Shown: positions 25,831 through 35,365, counted from the first letter of the stretch. The stretch is DNA of 64,000 bases from an uncultured Gammaproteobacteria bacterium (GCA_964612595.1 CAZTFB010000002.1:188933-252932), one strand, 5' to 3'. The notes: generated by a model not told the origin, from the sequence alone. Numbers and translations: made by a program.

Positions 25831-26500
25831 TCACAAACACAAAGGGAAAACTCTATTAAAGAATGTGACATTTTTCGGTTATGCTGAGTCGCATTCAGAC
25901 GACGCAGAGTATATAGGCGCATATCAATCGGCTCAGCTTGTTGCAAAAAGCGGTCGCACTGTAATCAATGGTGGTGGACCGGGCGTTATGTACGCGGCCT
26001 CAAAAGGCGCTAAAGATGCTGGTGGGCGCGTCGAAGTGGTCTACTATGTGCCAACTAATGCAACTCACTTTGAAGGACGTCACGAACCAACAATTCAATT
26101 CGCTGATGCAGAGTTTCAAGAAGCAAATTATATTGAAAGAACGCGTCGCCTTATAGAAATGGGCGACGCGTATGTTGTCTTCAATGGAGGGACAGGTACC
26201 GTGTCAGAGTTTGCTATGGCATGGTGTATTGCCCGCCTTTACTTCGGCCATCATAAACCTCTTATTTTCTACGGTGCTTTTTGGAAAAATATTCTCGACG
26301 CATTTTGGAACAATATGCGGGTACGTGAGGAGGAATATCGCGTTTTTAAATATGCAGTGACGCCAGAACAAGTCGTGCAGCATCTTAACGACTACGAGAA
26401 TTTGTTCAATAATCACAAAGACCATAAGGTCGACAAAGATTGTGTTGGCGCGGAATGTGATCTGTTTCTGGAACACCAAGAACATAAGGGGAAAGTTTGA
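25808..26500 (+). CDS. LOG-family (TIGR00730) nucleotide-binding protein
   Basis: INGGGPGVMYAASKGA and VVFNGGTGTVSEF (PGGxGTxxE). The start overlaps the tkt end by 23 nt. Confidence 0.75.
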   Translation: MDEKLFIDHKHKGKTLLKNVTFFGYAESHSDDAEYIGAYQSAQLVAKSGRTVINGGGPGVMYAASKGAKDAGGRVEVVYYVPTNATHFEGRHEPTIQFADAEFQEANYIERTRRLIEMGDAYVVFNGGTGTVSEFAMAWCIARLYFGHHKPLIFYGAFWKNILDAFWNNMRVREEEYRVFKYAVTPEQVVQHLNDYENLFNNHKDHKVDKDCVGAECDLFLEHQEHKGKV

Positions 26501-26517
26501 CATTTTTCGAAATTATG

Positions 26518-26523
26518 TATAAT
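26518..26523 (+). promoter_or_regulatory. -10 box TATAAT 6 nt upstream of ATG 26530
   Basis: TATAAT-gattat-ATG. Confidence 0.4.
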
Positions 26524-26529
26524 GATTAT

Positions 26530-27045
26530 ATGAAAGTTGCAAAATTCGTATCAGTCTCATTATTCGCATTTCTTGCCGTAACAATAGTGTTGCCTGCTCA
26601 TGCACGACTTGGGAATGATAAGGCAGAAACCGCAAGAAAGGCAGCAAAAGCAAATTTATGTGAAAATATCGAAGAAAGAATTAATCAAAAAATAATCCTT
26701 TTTGACAATACTCATAAAATGCATATTCGTCAGTATGAATTGATGAAAAAAAAGATTAGTAAAACTATTCTAGAAAAAGACGCTGACGGAAAAAACGTTG
26801 ACGCTCTGCGATCTCATCTTGCAATCCTCAATACAAAAATTGATAAGTTTTCAACAGATCGACTTGCCTATCTTGAAGCATTAAAAGAAATTCGAAACTA
26901 TCCGTGTGGTGATTCTGACGGAGCATTTAAAGAAGCTGTGCAAGCAGCACAAGCAAAACATGCGATTGTTATCGCAGATGCAAAAGATATTAGAAGTTAC
27001 TATATGACAACGATACGAGCAGATCTAAGAGCTCTTAAGGACTAA
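26530..27045 (+). CDS. Secreted coiled-coil hypothetical protein
   Basis: Signal peptide MKVAKFVSVSLFAFLAVTIVLPAHA, followed by a charged helical sequence. Confidence 0.5.
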   Translation: MKVAKFVSVSLFAFLAVTIVLPAHARLGNDKAETARKAAKANLCENIEERINQKIILFDNTHKMHIRQYELMKKKISKTILEKDADGKNVDALRSHLAILNTKIDKFSTDRLAYLEALKEIRNYPCGDSDGAFKEAVQAAQAKHAIVIADAKDIRSYYMTTIRADLRALKD

Positions 27046-27046
27046 A

Positions 27047-27343
27047 ATGGCAAAGAAAAAAGGAGTCAAAAACAATAAAAGTACCAGCTCATATTGGCTT
27101 GTACCCGCTGTTCTTACGGTGATTGTAGGATGCTTACTCATGTGGTACTGGTGGAAAGTCGACATGAAGAAGGTCGAGTTAGAAGAACAAAATATCGTCA
27201 TCCCAAGCAGCGCTCCCATTGACGAAGTAACAGATGATGTAGAGAAAAAGGATACTACAACTAGTGAAGAAATTGATGCGATGTTCAAAAAACTTGACTC
27301 TTCAAGTTCGTCTACTGAAGATCTATCTGATTTAACCGAATAA
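27047..27343 (+). CDS. Small membrane-anchored acidic protein
   Basis: Basic N-terminus, TM helix WLVPAVLTVIVGCLLMWYWW, and an acidic Ser-rich tail. Confidence 0.45.
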   Translation: MAKKKGVKNNKSTSSYWLVPAVLTVIVGCLLMWYWWKVDMKKVELEEQNIVIPSSAPIDEVTDDVEKKDTTTSEEIDAMFKKLDSSSSSTEDLSDLTE

Positions 27344-27368
27344 GGTATAATATTGTCCTAATGAGCCT

Positions 27369-27439
27369 TGCGGGATAGATTAATGGTAGATCGCCTGTCT
27401 CTGAAACAGGTAGTCTTGGTTCGAATCCAAGTCCCGCAG
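27369..27439 (+). tRNA. tRNA-Gln (anticodon CUG)
   Basis: Cloverleaf by hand: acceptor TGCGGGA/TCCCGCA (U1-A72), D-arm GATT-AATGGTA-GATC, anticodon arm CCTGT-CTCTGAA-ACAGG, and T-arm CTTGG-TTCGAAT-CCAAG. Discriminator is G. No encoded CCA. Confidence 0.9.
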
Positions 27440-27455
27440 CCCGCTCTCTTATAAT

Positions 27456-27854
27456 ATGAACACAACATATTCCTGGTATCAGCAATTGATAAAACCTTCG
27501 TGGGCACCACCCTCATATTTGTTTGGTCCCGTATGGTCAGTACTCTATCTGCTTATAGCTGTATCTTTTGGCACTGTTTTCCTGATGGTATTTCGAAAAC
27601 AGATACCATTCATTGTTATTGTGCCATTCGTCCTGAACCTTTTTTTTAATATTATTTTTACCCCAATTCAGTTTGGATTAAAAAATAATCTCCTCGCTAG
27701 CATTGATATTTTGCTCGTTCTTTTTACCATTGTGTGGGCTATGATAGCGATCTATCCTCATGCACGATGGATTACATTTATTCAGATTCCATATCTACTT
27801 TGGGTATCATTTGCTTCTATTCTTCAAATTACTATTACATGGTTAAACAAATAA
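27456..27854 (+). CDS. tspO: TspO/MBR tryptophan-rich sensory protein family
   Basis: WYQQLIKPSWAPPSYLFGPVWSVLYLLIAVS is the family hallmark. At 132 aa it is somewhat short. Confidence 0.75.
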   Translation: MNTTYSWYQQLIKPSWAPPSYLFGPVWSVLYLLIAVSFGTVFLMVFRKQIPFIVIVPFVLNLFFNIIFTPIQFGLKNNLLASIDILLVLFTIVWAMIAIYPHARWITFIQIPYLLWVSFASILQITITWLNK

Positions 27855-27864
27855 TTGGCTCTCC

Positions 27865-28473
27865 ATGAAGCAACAAATTTTAGTTTTACACGGTGGAGAT
27901 GCGTACGACACATATGATGAATATCTACAAAGTCTCCGTGCAAATAACATTACTTTGGAAAAGATTCGCTCAAAGGGATGGAAAGCACATCTTCAAGAAG
28001 AGCTTGGCGAACATTTTGATGTTATCTTTCCGAAGATGCCAAACGCCCAAAACGCCCGCTATCTTGAATGGAAACTGTGGTTCGATACAATCGCCCCTTT
28101 ACTAGATGATGATCTGATTATAATTGGTCATTCACTAGGAGGTATTTTTATCATTAAATATCTCTCTGAAAATGAATTCCCAAAAAAAGTAAAAGCTGTC
28201 CTATTGGTTGGCACTCCATACAATACACCTACAAGACATCCTCTTGTCGATTTTGTGATAACCACTCCTCTAAAATCTTTTATTGCACAAGCTGGAAAAA
28301 TTATTATCTACCACAGTAGAGACGATGCTGTCGTTCCTTTTAACAATGCGAAGCACTTTCACAAAGAAATGCCTGATGCAGTGCTTCGCATATTCAAGGA
28401 TAAGGGTCATTTTAATCTCGAATTTTTTCCAGAGATTGTCAAAGAGATAAAAAGTATTTGCGGTGTGAAATGA
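27865..28473 (+). CDS. Alpha/beta serine hydrolase (YdeN/RBBP9-like)
   Basis: ILVLHGG, the nucleophile elbow GHSLGG, and a late D and H (SRDDAVVP, KGHFN). Confidence 0.6.
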   Translation: MKQQILVLHGGDAYDTYDEYLQSLRANNITLEKIRSKGWKAHLQEELGEHFDVIFPKMPNAQNARYLEWKLWFDTIAPLLDDDLIIIGHSLGGIFIIKYLSENEFPKKVKAVLLVGTPYNTPTRHPLVDFVITTPLKSFIAQAGKIIIYHSRDDAVVPFNNAKHFHKEMPDAVLRIFKDKGHFNLEFFPEIVKEIKSICGVK

Positions 28474-28620
28474 GAATAACAAAGGGCACAGACACAATGT
28501 TATTTTAGACTATATCTCGAAGCACTGATACACCAATGCAAAATGTTGCTATACTTAAACTGATCATGCAAGAAAGAAAAAAGTCGCACGATTAGTCATT
28601 ATTAATTAACAAACATTCAT

Positions 28621-29061
28621 ATGTCCAAAGTGAGTATCTACTTAAACTTTATGGGAAAGACCGAGGAGGCTTTCAATTTCTATAAAACTGTATTTAACAC
28701 AGATTTTAGTGTGCCTATTACGCGCATGAGCGATGCTCCTGTTCAACCTGGTCAACCAGAGTTGCTGGAGAATGAGAAGAATATGGTTATGCATGTCGCG
28801 CTTCCAATAGTTGGTGGAATCGAAATTATGGGAACAGATATGCTTGCTTCTATGGGGCATAAGCTTGAGATTGGAAATAATATGAGTATAAATCTAGAAA
28901 TCGATGCAAAAGATGAAACCGATCGCATTTTTGGGCTTTTATCGGATGGCGGTACGGACATTATGCCAATGGCCAACATGTTCTGGGGCGCCTACTTTGG
29001 CACATGTCGGGACAAATACGGCATCAGTTGGATGTTTAATTGTGCAACGAAGACAGAATAA
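28621..29061 (+). CDS. VOC-superfamily PhnB-like protein
   Basis: IYLNFMGKTEEAFNFYKTVF...MFWGAYFGTCRDKYGISWMFN resembles the PhnB/3-demethylubiquinone-9 3-methyltransferase-domain family. Confidence 0.6.
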   Translation: MSKVSIYLNFMGKTEEAFNFYKTVFNTDFSVPITRMSDAPVQPGQPELLENEKNMVMHVALPIVGGIEIMGTDMLASMGHKLEIGNNMSINLEIDAKDETDRIFGLLSDGGTDIMPMANMFWGAYFGTCRDKYGISWMFNCATKTE

Positions 29062-30588
29062 CTAAAGAATGTCATTCATCTTAAGAGATTTACCTGTGCA
29101 TGGAGTTTTTACCGTATATATGCCGACAAATTCTTCACCCTCCGGTTTATTAAACCGCGTAACTTCCACCAAATATTTTTCCAGTCCTGCCAACTGTGGT
29201 CCTCGACTGATGAAGTAAAATTCAGAAGGAAATGTGATGCAATCAATCTGTGCAAGATCTGTGTTAATAAGACTACGATCAAAATAACCAGGTTTTATTT
29301 CATTATGATTATGAAAATAGCTGATGATGGCATTTTCTGGATTTCCCGAATCAACACGAACGCCAACAATAAGAGGTTTCTTTTTATCCTTGAGAAAATT
29401 GACTGTCTCCATTACGCCATACCCCGATGTCCAACTCGTTACATATTCGCTCTTACCAGAAAATGTCGTTACTCGATCCATAAAGGAAAAATAGGAGAGC
29501 GGTGAAAAAATTTGTATAAGTGTTATGATCGCTACTGAAGTACCAGCAAGAAAAACTAATATGCGGCCAATAAGATTTTTATCTTGAGTATATGAATAAA
29601 ATACATACGCAGAGAAAATTGTTAAGAGTGGTAGGAAGGATACAGTGTATCGCGGTGACGGCGATTTGCTGAGGATAGCATATAGGAATAGCGAACTAAG
29701 AAAATATAAAAGGATGATTTTTCTGTACCACAGTTTCTCCTTGTAATGCAAAGCGACCCCATATACTGATGAGAGAAAAATCAATGGTGTCAAATGCCAA
29801 AAGGAAATTTCAAGAATGCTTTTCGTGTTACGAAACCAATGAAGTAGTGGAAACCCCAGAAGTTCGCTTATGGAAAATGAGAATCGATTGTTCATAGAAA
29901 GCGTTCCCCAAAATTGTTGCTGAAAAAAAAGTGGTATAAGCAACATACATCCTATGATAAAAGATGATGTCATGTCCAAAATGAATGAACGGTTCTTAAT
30001 ATGTTTTCGCATGGAGGAAAACATCAGCATCATTACAGTCAGAAGTACAATTGAAATGGCGAAAATCGCGGTTGTAGATTTAATAAAAAACCCTAATCCA
30101 AAGAGCGTTCCAAGAGCAACCATCATTTTTACTGAATGTTTCTCAAGTAGTGAAAGAAATGTATAGCAACTCCAGACCATAGTCATTGACATAGAACTTT
30201 CCATAAGAGCTTGTCTGTCAAAGAACGAAAAAATTGGCGTCAGAATATAGGTAAGGGATGCAAAAAAAGCAATGCGTTCGTTGTAATATTTTCTACCGAT
30301 ATGAAATATTCCCAGCAACGTTATAAATCCAGCAAAAACTGAAACGAGACGTCCAGCTAATACTGGATTGTCAAAAAACTGCTGCGCAAACCCAAATATC
30401 CACATTAAAAATGGTTGTTTTCCGTCAAACAGAGAATAGTAAAGCGAATCCGGCGTGTGCAATGAACGCCATCCCCAATCAAGGTAAATTGCCTCGTCAT
30501 TAAATATTGGAATGATCGTCAAGTTGAAAAGCCGCGCTAGGAAATAGAAGAGAATCAAGAGGAAGAGTGTGCGATGTTTCTTAAACAT
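29062..30588 (-). CDS. GT39/ArnT-like (PMT_2) membrane glycosyltransferase
   Basis: About 12 TM helices, with the FNDEAIYLDWGW motif in the first loop (DE.xY) typical of GT-C enzymes. Confidence 0.7.
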   Translation of the reverse strand: MFKKHRTLFLLILFYFLARLFNLTIIPIFNDEAIYLDWGWRSLHTPDSLYYSLFDGKQPFLMWIFGFAQQFFDNPVLAGRLVSVFAGFITLLGIFHIGRKYYNERIAFFASLTYILTPIFSFFDRQALMESSMSMTMVWSCYTFLSLLEKHSVKMMVALGTLFGLGFFIKSTTAIFAISIVLLTVMMLMFSSMRKHIKNRSFILDMTSSFIIGCMLLIPLFFQQQFWGTLSMNNRFSFSISELLGFPLLHWFRNTKSILEISFWHLTPLIFLSSVYGVALHYKEKLWYRKIILLYFLSSLFLYAILSKSPSPRYTVSFLPLLTIFSAYVFYSYTQDKNLIGRILVFLAGTSVAIITLIQIFSPLSYFSFMDRVTTFSGKSEYVTSWTSGYGVMETVNFLKDKKKPLIVGVRVDSGNPENAIISYFHNHNEIKPGYFDRSLINTDLAQIDCITFPSEFYFISRGPQLAGLEKYLVEVTRFNKPEGEEFVGIYTVKTPCTGKSLKMNDIL

Positions 30589-30879
30589 GTGTTGATATTT
30601 TAATTAATATGGGTTCATTTTTCTATACTTCGAGAATGGAGTATATTTCGTGTTGGATTGTGGGAATACGAAAGAAGGGTCGGATGGTTCAATATATTTT
30701 TCAACGGGCTCTCCATCAGCCCCTTGACGGTGACAGCCATGCCGGCGTATGCGTGCCTTAATGGCACCCGATTGAATGGTTTCACGAGCTTACTTCCTTT
30801 TGTCTAGGTGCGGATTCGGACGAAGCCTCTAGTATATCAAACTATAGGTTATTATTCCAGCTGAGCGATGGTATTCCGG

Positions 30880-30885
30880 TATAAT
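30880..30885 (+). promoter_or_regulatory. -10 box TATAAT 6 nt upstream of queA ATG
   Basis: TATAAT-accagt-ATG(30892). Confidence 0.5.
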
Positions 30886-30891
30886 ACCAGT

Positions 30892-31947
30892 ATGAAAATC
30901 TCAGATTTTAACTATACATTGCCGCCGTCTCACATTGCTCACCAACCCGTTTTTCCACGCGATACATCTAAGCTAATGATTATTAATCGCTCATCGCAAA
31001 CAATCACACATAAATCATTTAAAGACCTTCCTGACTTGCTCGATAGCAATACACTGCTCGTGCTTAACGATACGCGCGTCTATCCTGCACGTATTTTTGG
31101 AAGAAAGCCAACTGGAGGGAAAGTGGAGTTGTTGCTTGTTAAAAAGCTCGGAGATAATAGGTGGGAAGCTATGTCAAAACCTGGACTAGCTGCGGGAACA
31201 GAACTGAGTATTGGTGCGTGCAAAATAAAAGTGCTCGAGAAAAAAGATCGCACCATTATTATTCAGCCAGATATGGATGAAGAAGCATTTATCAATTCAT
31301 TGGAAGAAGTTGGGTCAGTTCCAATTCCACCATATATTCATACATCTCTAAATCCAACAGAGTTAAAGCAAAAATATCAGACTGTGTATGCAAAAGAATC
31401 GGGTTCGTCTGCAGCACCTACTGCTGGACTGCATTTTACTGAAGATATTTTTAGGAGACTTAAAGATAAAGGAATAGAAATTGTAACGATAACTCTTCAT
31501 GTTGGCATGGGAACGTTTGCACCTGTCTATGAAAAAAATCTTTCTGAAGGGAAACTGCACGCGGAGTTTTATGAGATTTCTCAAGCAGAAGCAGATACTA
31601 TCAATAAAGCTAAGAAAAATGGAAAGAAAATCATCGCTGTCGGAACGACATCAATGCGCGCATTAGAATCTGCGACGGATAAAGAAGGGGTAGTTCATCC
31701 ACAATACGGAGAGACATCAATTTTTATTACGCCAGGATATTTGTTTCGGATAGTCGACGGACTTATGACAAACTTCCATCTTCCACAATCATCACTCCTC
31801 ATGTTAGTATCTGCCTTCAGTAGTTATCCCAATACTAACGAAGCATTCACACAGTTTGCGGAGAATCTTATGGGGAAAGCCTATCACGAAGCAATTAAAA
31901 ACAACTATAGATTTTTCTCTTTTGGTGATTCTAGTCTTATAATCTAG
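30892..31947 (+). CDS. queA: S-adenosylmethionine:tRNA ribosyltransferase-isomerase
   Basis: MKISDFNYTLPPSHIAHQP, SSAAPTAGLHFT, VGTTSMRALES and MTNFHLPQSSLLMLV. Confidence 0.95.
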   Translation: MKISDFNYTLPPSHIAHQPVFPRDTSKLMIINRSSQTITHKSFKDLPDLLDSNTLLVLNDTRVYPARIFGRKPTGGKVELLLVKKLGDNRWEAMSKPGLAAGTELSIGACKIKVLEKKDRTIIIQPDMDEEAFINSLEEVGSVPIPPYIHTSLNPTELKQKYQTVYAKESGSSAAPTAGLHFTEDIFRRLKDKGIEIVTITLHVGMGTFAPVYEKNLSEGKLHAEFYEISQAEADTINKAKKNGKKIIAVGTTSMRALESATDKEGVVHPQYGETSIFITPGYLFRIVDGLMTNFHLPQSSLLMLVSAFSSYPNTNEAFTQFAENLMGKAYHEAIKNNYRFFSFGDSSLII

Positions 31948-31948
31948 G

Positions 31949-31954
31949 TATAAT
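31949..31954 (+). promoter_or_regulatory. -10 box TATAAT 6 nt upstream of ATG 31961
   Basis: TATAAT-caaaga-ATG. Confidence 0.5.
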
Positions 31955-31960
31955 CAAAGA

Positions 31961-33346
31961 ATGTTGCTTGCAGGGATTAAGAAACAGTGGCATTGGATAG
32001 TACTTGCGATACTTATATTCATATACATTGCAACACTCTCTCGACTTTCAATACTCCGCCATAATGCATTTGCTTCTGGCTTAGATCTTGGGAATATGGA
32101 TCAAACGGTTTGGAACACCCTACAAGGAAGACCGTTTTCATTAACGTATGAAGGCTCAAATCAGCTTCGTTTTGCTGCGCATTCGGATCTATTTCTATTA
32201 CTTCTATCGCCTTTCTATCTTATTTGGAGTAGTCCACATATGTTGAATATAATCGAATCAATATATATAGGACTTGGTGCAATTCCTGTATTTCTCATCG
32301 CGCGCAAAATTTTATCGGATAAAAAACTTGCGCTTTTATTTTCACTTCTTTATTTATTGAGTCCTGTTGTCGAATGGATCGATGTGTTTGATTATCATGC
32401 AGTATCGTTTGCAGTTCCCGCACTTTTATCTGCATTTTATTGTGTACTTGTAAAAAAATGGCGCTGGTATGCGATTTTTATTGGGCTTGCACTTATTACT
32501 AAGGAACACATCGGTTTGCAAGTTGCGGTTATGGGCATTATTGTCGCTACCGTTTTTAAAGAAAAAAAGATTGGCGGACTCACTTTTCTTCTCGGTTTTC
32601 TATGGTCCGCCATTATGATCTTTATAGTCCTCCCACAATTTAGCCCAACTGGCGAACATTGGGCATTAGCGTGGTATGACTTTGGCGCGAATATGCTACA
32701 TCGATTTTTCTTTGATCCTGAAATTCGTGCATACTACATTCTGCTTCTCAAATCATTTGGTTTTCTTCCGTGGCTCGGTTTACCATGGCTTATTTTGACA
32801 GCCCCAGATCTTGCCATAAATGTACTAAGTTCCCACGCCGAAATGCACTCTATTAAATATCATTACACGAGCGGCCTTGTTCCGGGACTTATGATCGCAT
32901 CTATCTACGGTCTTTGGTATCTAAGAAAAACTCTGAAAAATCCTCTCGTCCCGTACGTTGTTATGCTGGGTGCGCTTTTTATTGTTCTGCGTGTTAATTA
33001 TCATCACAGTCCATTGCCTACTACTGAATCATGCTGGTGTCAAAGTTATGAAGTGTCAGAGGATGATATTGCATTTGAAAAAGTTCTTCAGAAGATTCCT
33101 AAATCTGCATCAGTAACATCCTCGACAGAACTGCATGCGCATGTCACACATAGAGAGTTTGCCTATATGTTGCCGCATGCTACTCAATCTGCAGATTTTA
33201 TTGCGCTTATTGATCAACATCGTGTTATAGATAACTATGGTCCAAAGGAATATGAGCAGGATTTGATTAAAAAACTTCATGAAGAAAAACAGTATGATCT
33301 CGTAGAACACATCGGCCATTTTTATCTTTTTAAAAAGTTGGAATGA
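31961..33346 (+). CDS. DUF2079-family polytopic membrane protein
   Basis: GLDLGNMDQTVWNTLQGRPF near the N-terminus and about 10 TM helices. Confidence 0.65.
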   Translation: MLLAGIKKQWHWIVLAILIFIYIATLSRLSILRHNAFASGLDLGNMDQTVWNTLQGRPFSLTYEGSNQLRFAAHSDLFLLLLSPFYLIWSSPHMLNIIESIYIGLGAIPVFLIARKILSDKKLALLFSLLYLLSPVVEWIDVFDYHAVSFAVPALLSAFYCVLVKKWRWYAIFIGLALITKEHIGLQVAVMGIIVATVFKEKKIGGLTFLLGFLWSAIMIFIVLPQFSPTGEHWALAWYDFGANMLHRFFFDPEIRAYYILLLKSFGFLPWLGLPWLILTAPDLAINVLSSHAEMHSIKYHYTSGLVPGLMIASIYGLWYLRKTLKNPLVPYVVMLGALFIVLRVNYHHSPLPTTESCWCQSYEVSEDDIAFEKVLQKIPKSASVTSSTELHAHVTHREFAYMLPHATQSADFIALIDQHRVIDNYGPKEYEQDLIKKLHEEKQYDLVEHIGHFYLFKKLE

Positions 33347-33371
33347 AGTAACTTCCACCATCGTTTATATT

Positions 33372-33441
33372 CCCTATGCATTTTAGACCCATTTCGGGTC
33401 ATGTATAGGGTCAATTTTTGCAAGGCCTGGTATACTGATGT
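33372..33441 (+). repeat. Copy A of a conserved intergenic element (promoter plus stem-loop)
   Basis: It shares CCCTAT(G/A)CATTTT(A/T)GACCC, TTTCGGGTCA, GGGTCAATTTT, CAAG(G)CC and GTATACT..TATGGA with 39203-39290. Confidence 0.6.
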
Positions 33442-33579
33442 ATGGAAACAAAAGATACTGCAGGGGTATCGCTTATGTCATATGGCCTTTTATTGCAAGC
33501 GATACCAGTGGTCATAGTTAACGCGATTATCACTGTTCTCAGTCTTTATATTGTCTTCATGAAAATCCGCACCAAATAA
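33442..33579 (+). CDS. 45-aa single-TM peptide
   Basis: METKDTAGVSLMSYGLLLQAIPVVIVNAIITVLSLYIVFMKIRTK. The ATG is 5 nt after TATACT (33431-33436). The DUF1653 gene follows 4 nt later. Confidence 0.4.
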   Translation: METKDTAGVSLMSYGLLLQAIPVVIVNAIITVLSLYIVFMKIRTK

Positions 33580-33583
33580 CACT

Positions 33584-33799
33584 ATGCAAACTGGCATTTA
33601 TCAGCACTTCAAAGGAATGAAATACAAGGTACTTGGACTTGTGAAGCACTCTGAAACACTTGAAGATCTGGTCCTCTACGAAGCGCTTTACGACAATAAA
33701 CTTGGCAAGCTTTGGGTCAGGCCAAAAGATATGTTTTTTGAAGAAGTTGAAGTAGAAGGAAGAAAGGTGCCGAGATTTACGTTTCTTTCACATGCATAA
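33584..33799 (+). CDS. DUF1653 protein
   Basis: YQHFKGMKYKVLGLVKHSETLEDLVLYEALY...LWVRPKDMFFE. Confidence 0.7.
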   Translation: MQTGIYQHFKGMKYKVLGLVKHSETLEDLVLYEALYDNKLGKLWVRPKDMFFEEVEVEGRKVPRFTFLSHA

Positions 33800-34112
33800 C
33801 GAAGAACCCTTTGATCATAAAACCAGAGCCAAAGTTTGGAAATATTCAGGAAAGGGCGCATGGTATTTTGTGTCACTCACAAAGGATCTCGGAGATACTA
33901 TGAAGGCTGAATATGGCAGAAAAAGAGGATGGGGTTCGGTTCCTGTAACAGTGCGAGTTGGTACGAGTACGTGGGCTACCTCAATCTTCCCGGACACAAA
34001 AACCGACACATATTTATTGCCGCTAAAAGCTGATATCCGCAAAAAACAAAATATTCATGAGGATGATATGATTGAAGTGGAGTGTAGAGTTCGAGGAAGA
34101 AAAATTGTATGA
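33792..34112 (+). CDS. DUF1905 protein
   Basis: GAWYFVSLTKDLGDTMK...GWGSVPVTVRVGTSTWATSIFP...YLLPLKADIRK. Confidence 0.7.
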   Translation: MHNEEPFDHKTRAKVWKYSGKGAWYFVSLTKDLGDTMKAEYGRKRGWGSVPVTVRVGTSTWATSIFPDTKTDTYLLPLKADIRKKQNIHEDDMIEVECRVRGRKIV

Positions 34113-34672
34113 AAAGTATGACTCAGCGAAAAATTATTATCGAGATAACCGATGCAGATTTTAACTCTTCATTTGTTCAAAAAACTTCATTCGATGATTA
34201 TGTATTACGTAAAGCTGCGCGAGGAGTTCTTATAAAAGATGGGAACATTGCGCTTATGCATGTGACGAATAAGAACTACTATAAACTTCCTGGCGGTGGA
34301 TTAGAAGAAAACGAAAGTATTGAAGAAGGATTTAAACGGGAGATTTTAGAGGAAACAGGATACAAGTGCGAGTTGATGTCCATAGATGGAGCATGTCCTG
34401 TGGCGATTGAGTATCTTGATAAATTAAAGATATTCCACATATCATATGTCTTGTTTGCAAAAACAGTTGGTGAGCCAGTGGAAATTGCACATACAGATGA
34501 TGAAATATCAGACGGGTTTGTTTTAGAATGGGTATCTCTTAGTGAGGTGCTAACGATTATGGACAACAATAGTGGCGATGATGACTATCAGATAAAGTTT
34601 ATTCAGAAGCGCGATCGAGCGATTGTAAATTACTTTATCTCCGAAGGCCTCATAGCAACGACTTCTTTGTAA
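34109..34672 (+). CDS. NUDIX hydrolase
   Basis: Nudix box GGGLEENESIEEGFKREILEETGY (Gx5Ex7REUxEExGU). Confidence 0.85.
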   Translation: MKSMTQRKIIIEITDADFNSSFVQKTSFDDYVLRKAARGVLIKDGNIALMHVTNKNYYKLPGGGLEENESIEEGFKREILEETGYKCELMSIDGACPVAIEYLDKLKIFHISYVLFAKTVGEPVEIAHTDDEISDGFVLEWVSLSEVLTIMDNNSGDDDYQIKFIQKRDRAIVNYFISEGLIATTSL

Positions 34673-35052
34673 GTCTTGAAATCTTTATCAATCGTTATGA
34701 TTGGACGTATGCCATTGTAAGAACATACAGCCAGATGTAACAGGTCTCTACTATCCGACTCAGGATACTTTTCGGCAAAATAAAGATATTTTTCTATAAC
34801 ATACGTATCGACGTCAAGAAGATCAGCATTTTGCTCAAAGATAAGTTATGCAACTTTTAAACCTAATGAATGTTGATTGTTTCTCTGAAAAACAGGAATG
34901 ACTTCCTGTAGAGTCTCAACAGAAGTCGTGATAGAGATATCGCCTTTTATTGCGAGGTCTAAGAATTTTTTACATTCATCAAAGTAAGGTGATTCCTTTT
35001 GAGTTCTATAAATGAAAACGTTGGTGTCTACATAGTAAAGTGCATATTTCAT
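34630..35052 (-). pseudogene. vapC: PIN-domain VapC toxin interrupted by one in-frame TAA
   Basis: 68 codons (YVDTNVFIY..., ETLQEV) are followed by TAA at 34846-34848. The same frame then continues for 71 codons through SRDLLHLAV and ITIDKDF (the remaining PIN acidic residues) to TAA at 34630-34632. Confidence 0.65.
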
Positions 35053-35309
35053 ATATCTCGGTCTTTACTTTCAGCAAGAATCGTTTTGAGTGTTTTAAGA
35101 TCCATTACATCCATATATATATCATCCCATTCCTTTATTAAATCTTTCTTACTTTTTGCGCTTTCTTCTTTATTGAGATGTAATGTGAATCGTGCCCCGG
35201 TATCAGACTGAATAATAGTCGCAGAGTATCCATGTTGACCGACATCTCGGAGGAGTTGGAAAAAGTTTTTTCGAGCAGTAGTGGCGTTCATTACGATATT
35301 TTTCTTCAT
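35049..35309 (-). CDS. Phd/YefM-type antitoxin
   Basis: MNATTARKNFFQLLRDV is typical of the family. The stop overlaps the vapC ATG (ATGA). Start uncertain (35309 or 35291). Confidence 0.6.
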   Translation of the reverse strand: MKKNIVMNATTARKNFFQLLRDVGQHGYSATIIQSDTGARFTLHLNKEESAKSKKDLIKEWDDIYMDVMDLKTLKTILAESKDRDI

Positions 35310-35365
35310 ATGTACGGGAGTGTACATCAGTATAGAACCACTGTCAAGACACGGTCTTGTGAGCC

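Noticed and set aside
30820-30891. preQ1 (or SAM) riboswitch in front of queA
   Set aside because: The CCTCTAG...CTATAGG hairpin lacks the conserved loop and the A-rich ACUA tail of preQ1-I. queA also appears to be leaderless (-10 box 6 nt from the ATG), leaving no 5' UTR.
4483-34848. Possibility that TAA is a reassigned sense codon, since two genes have in-frame TAA
   Set aside because: TAA ends confident full-length genes (typA at 14646, valS at 56409, rpmH, and 3963-4328). TGA and TAG also act as stops (purA, tkt, queA). Two independent nonsense lesions are the simpler explanation.
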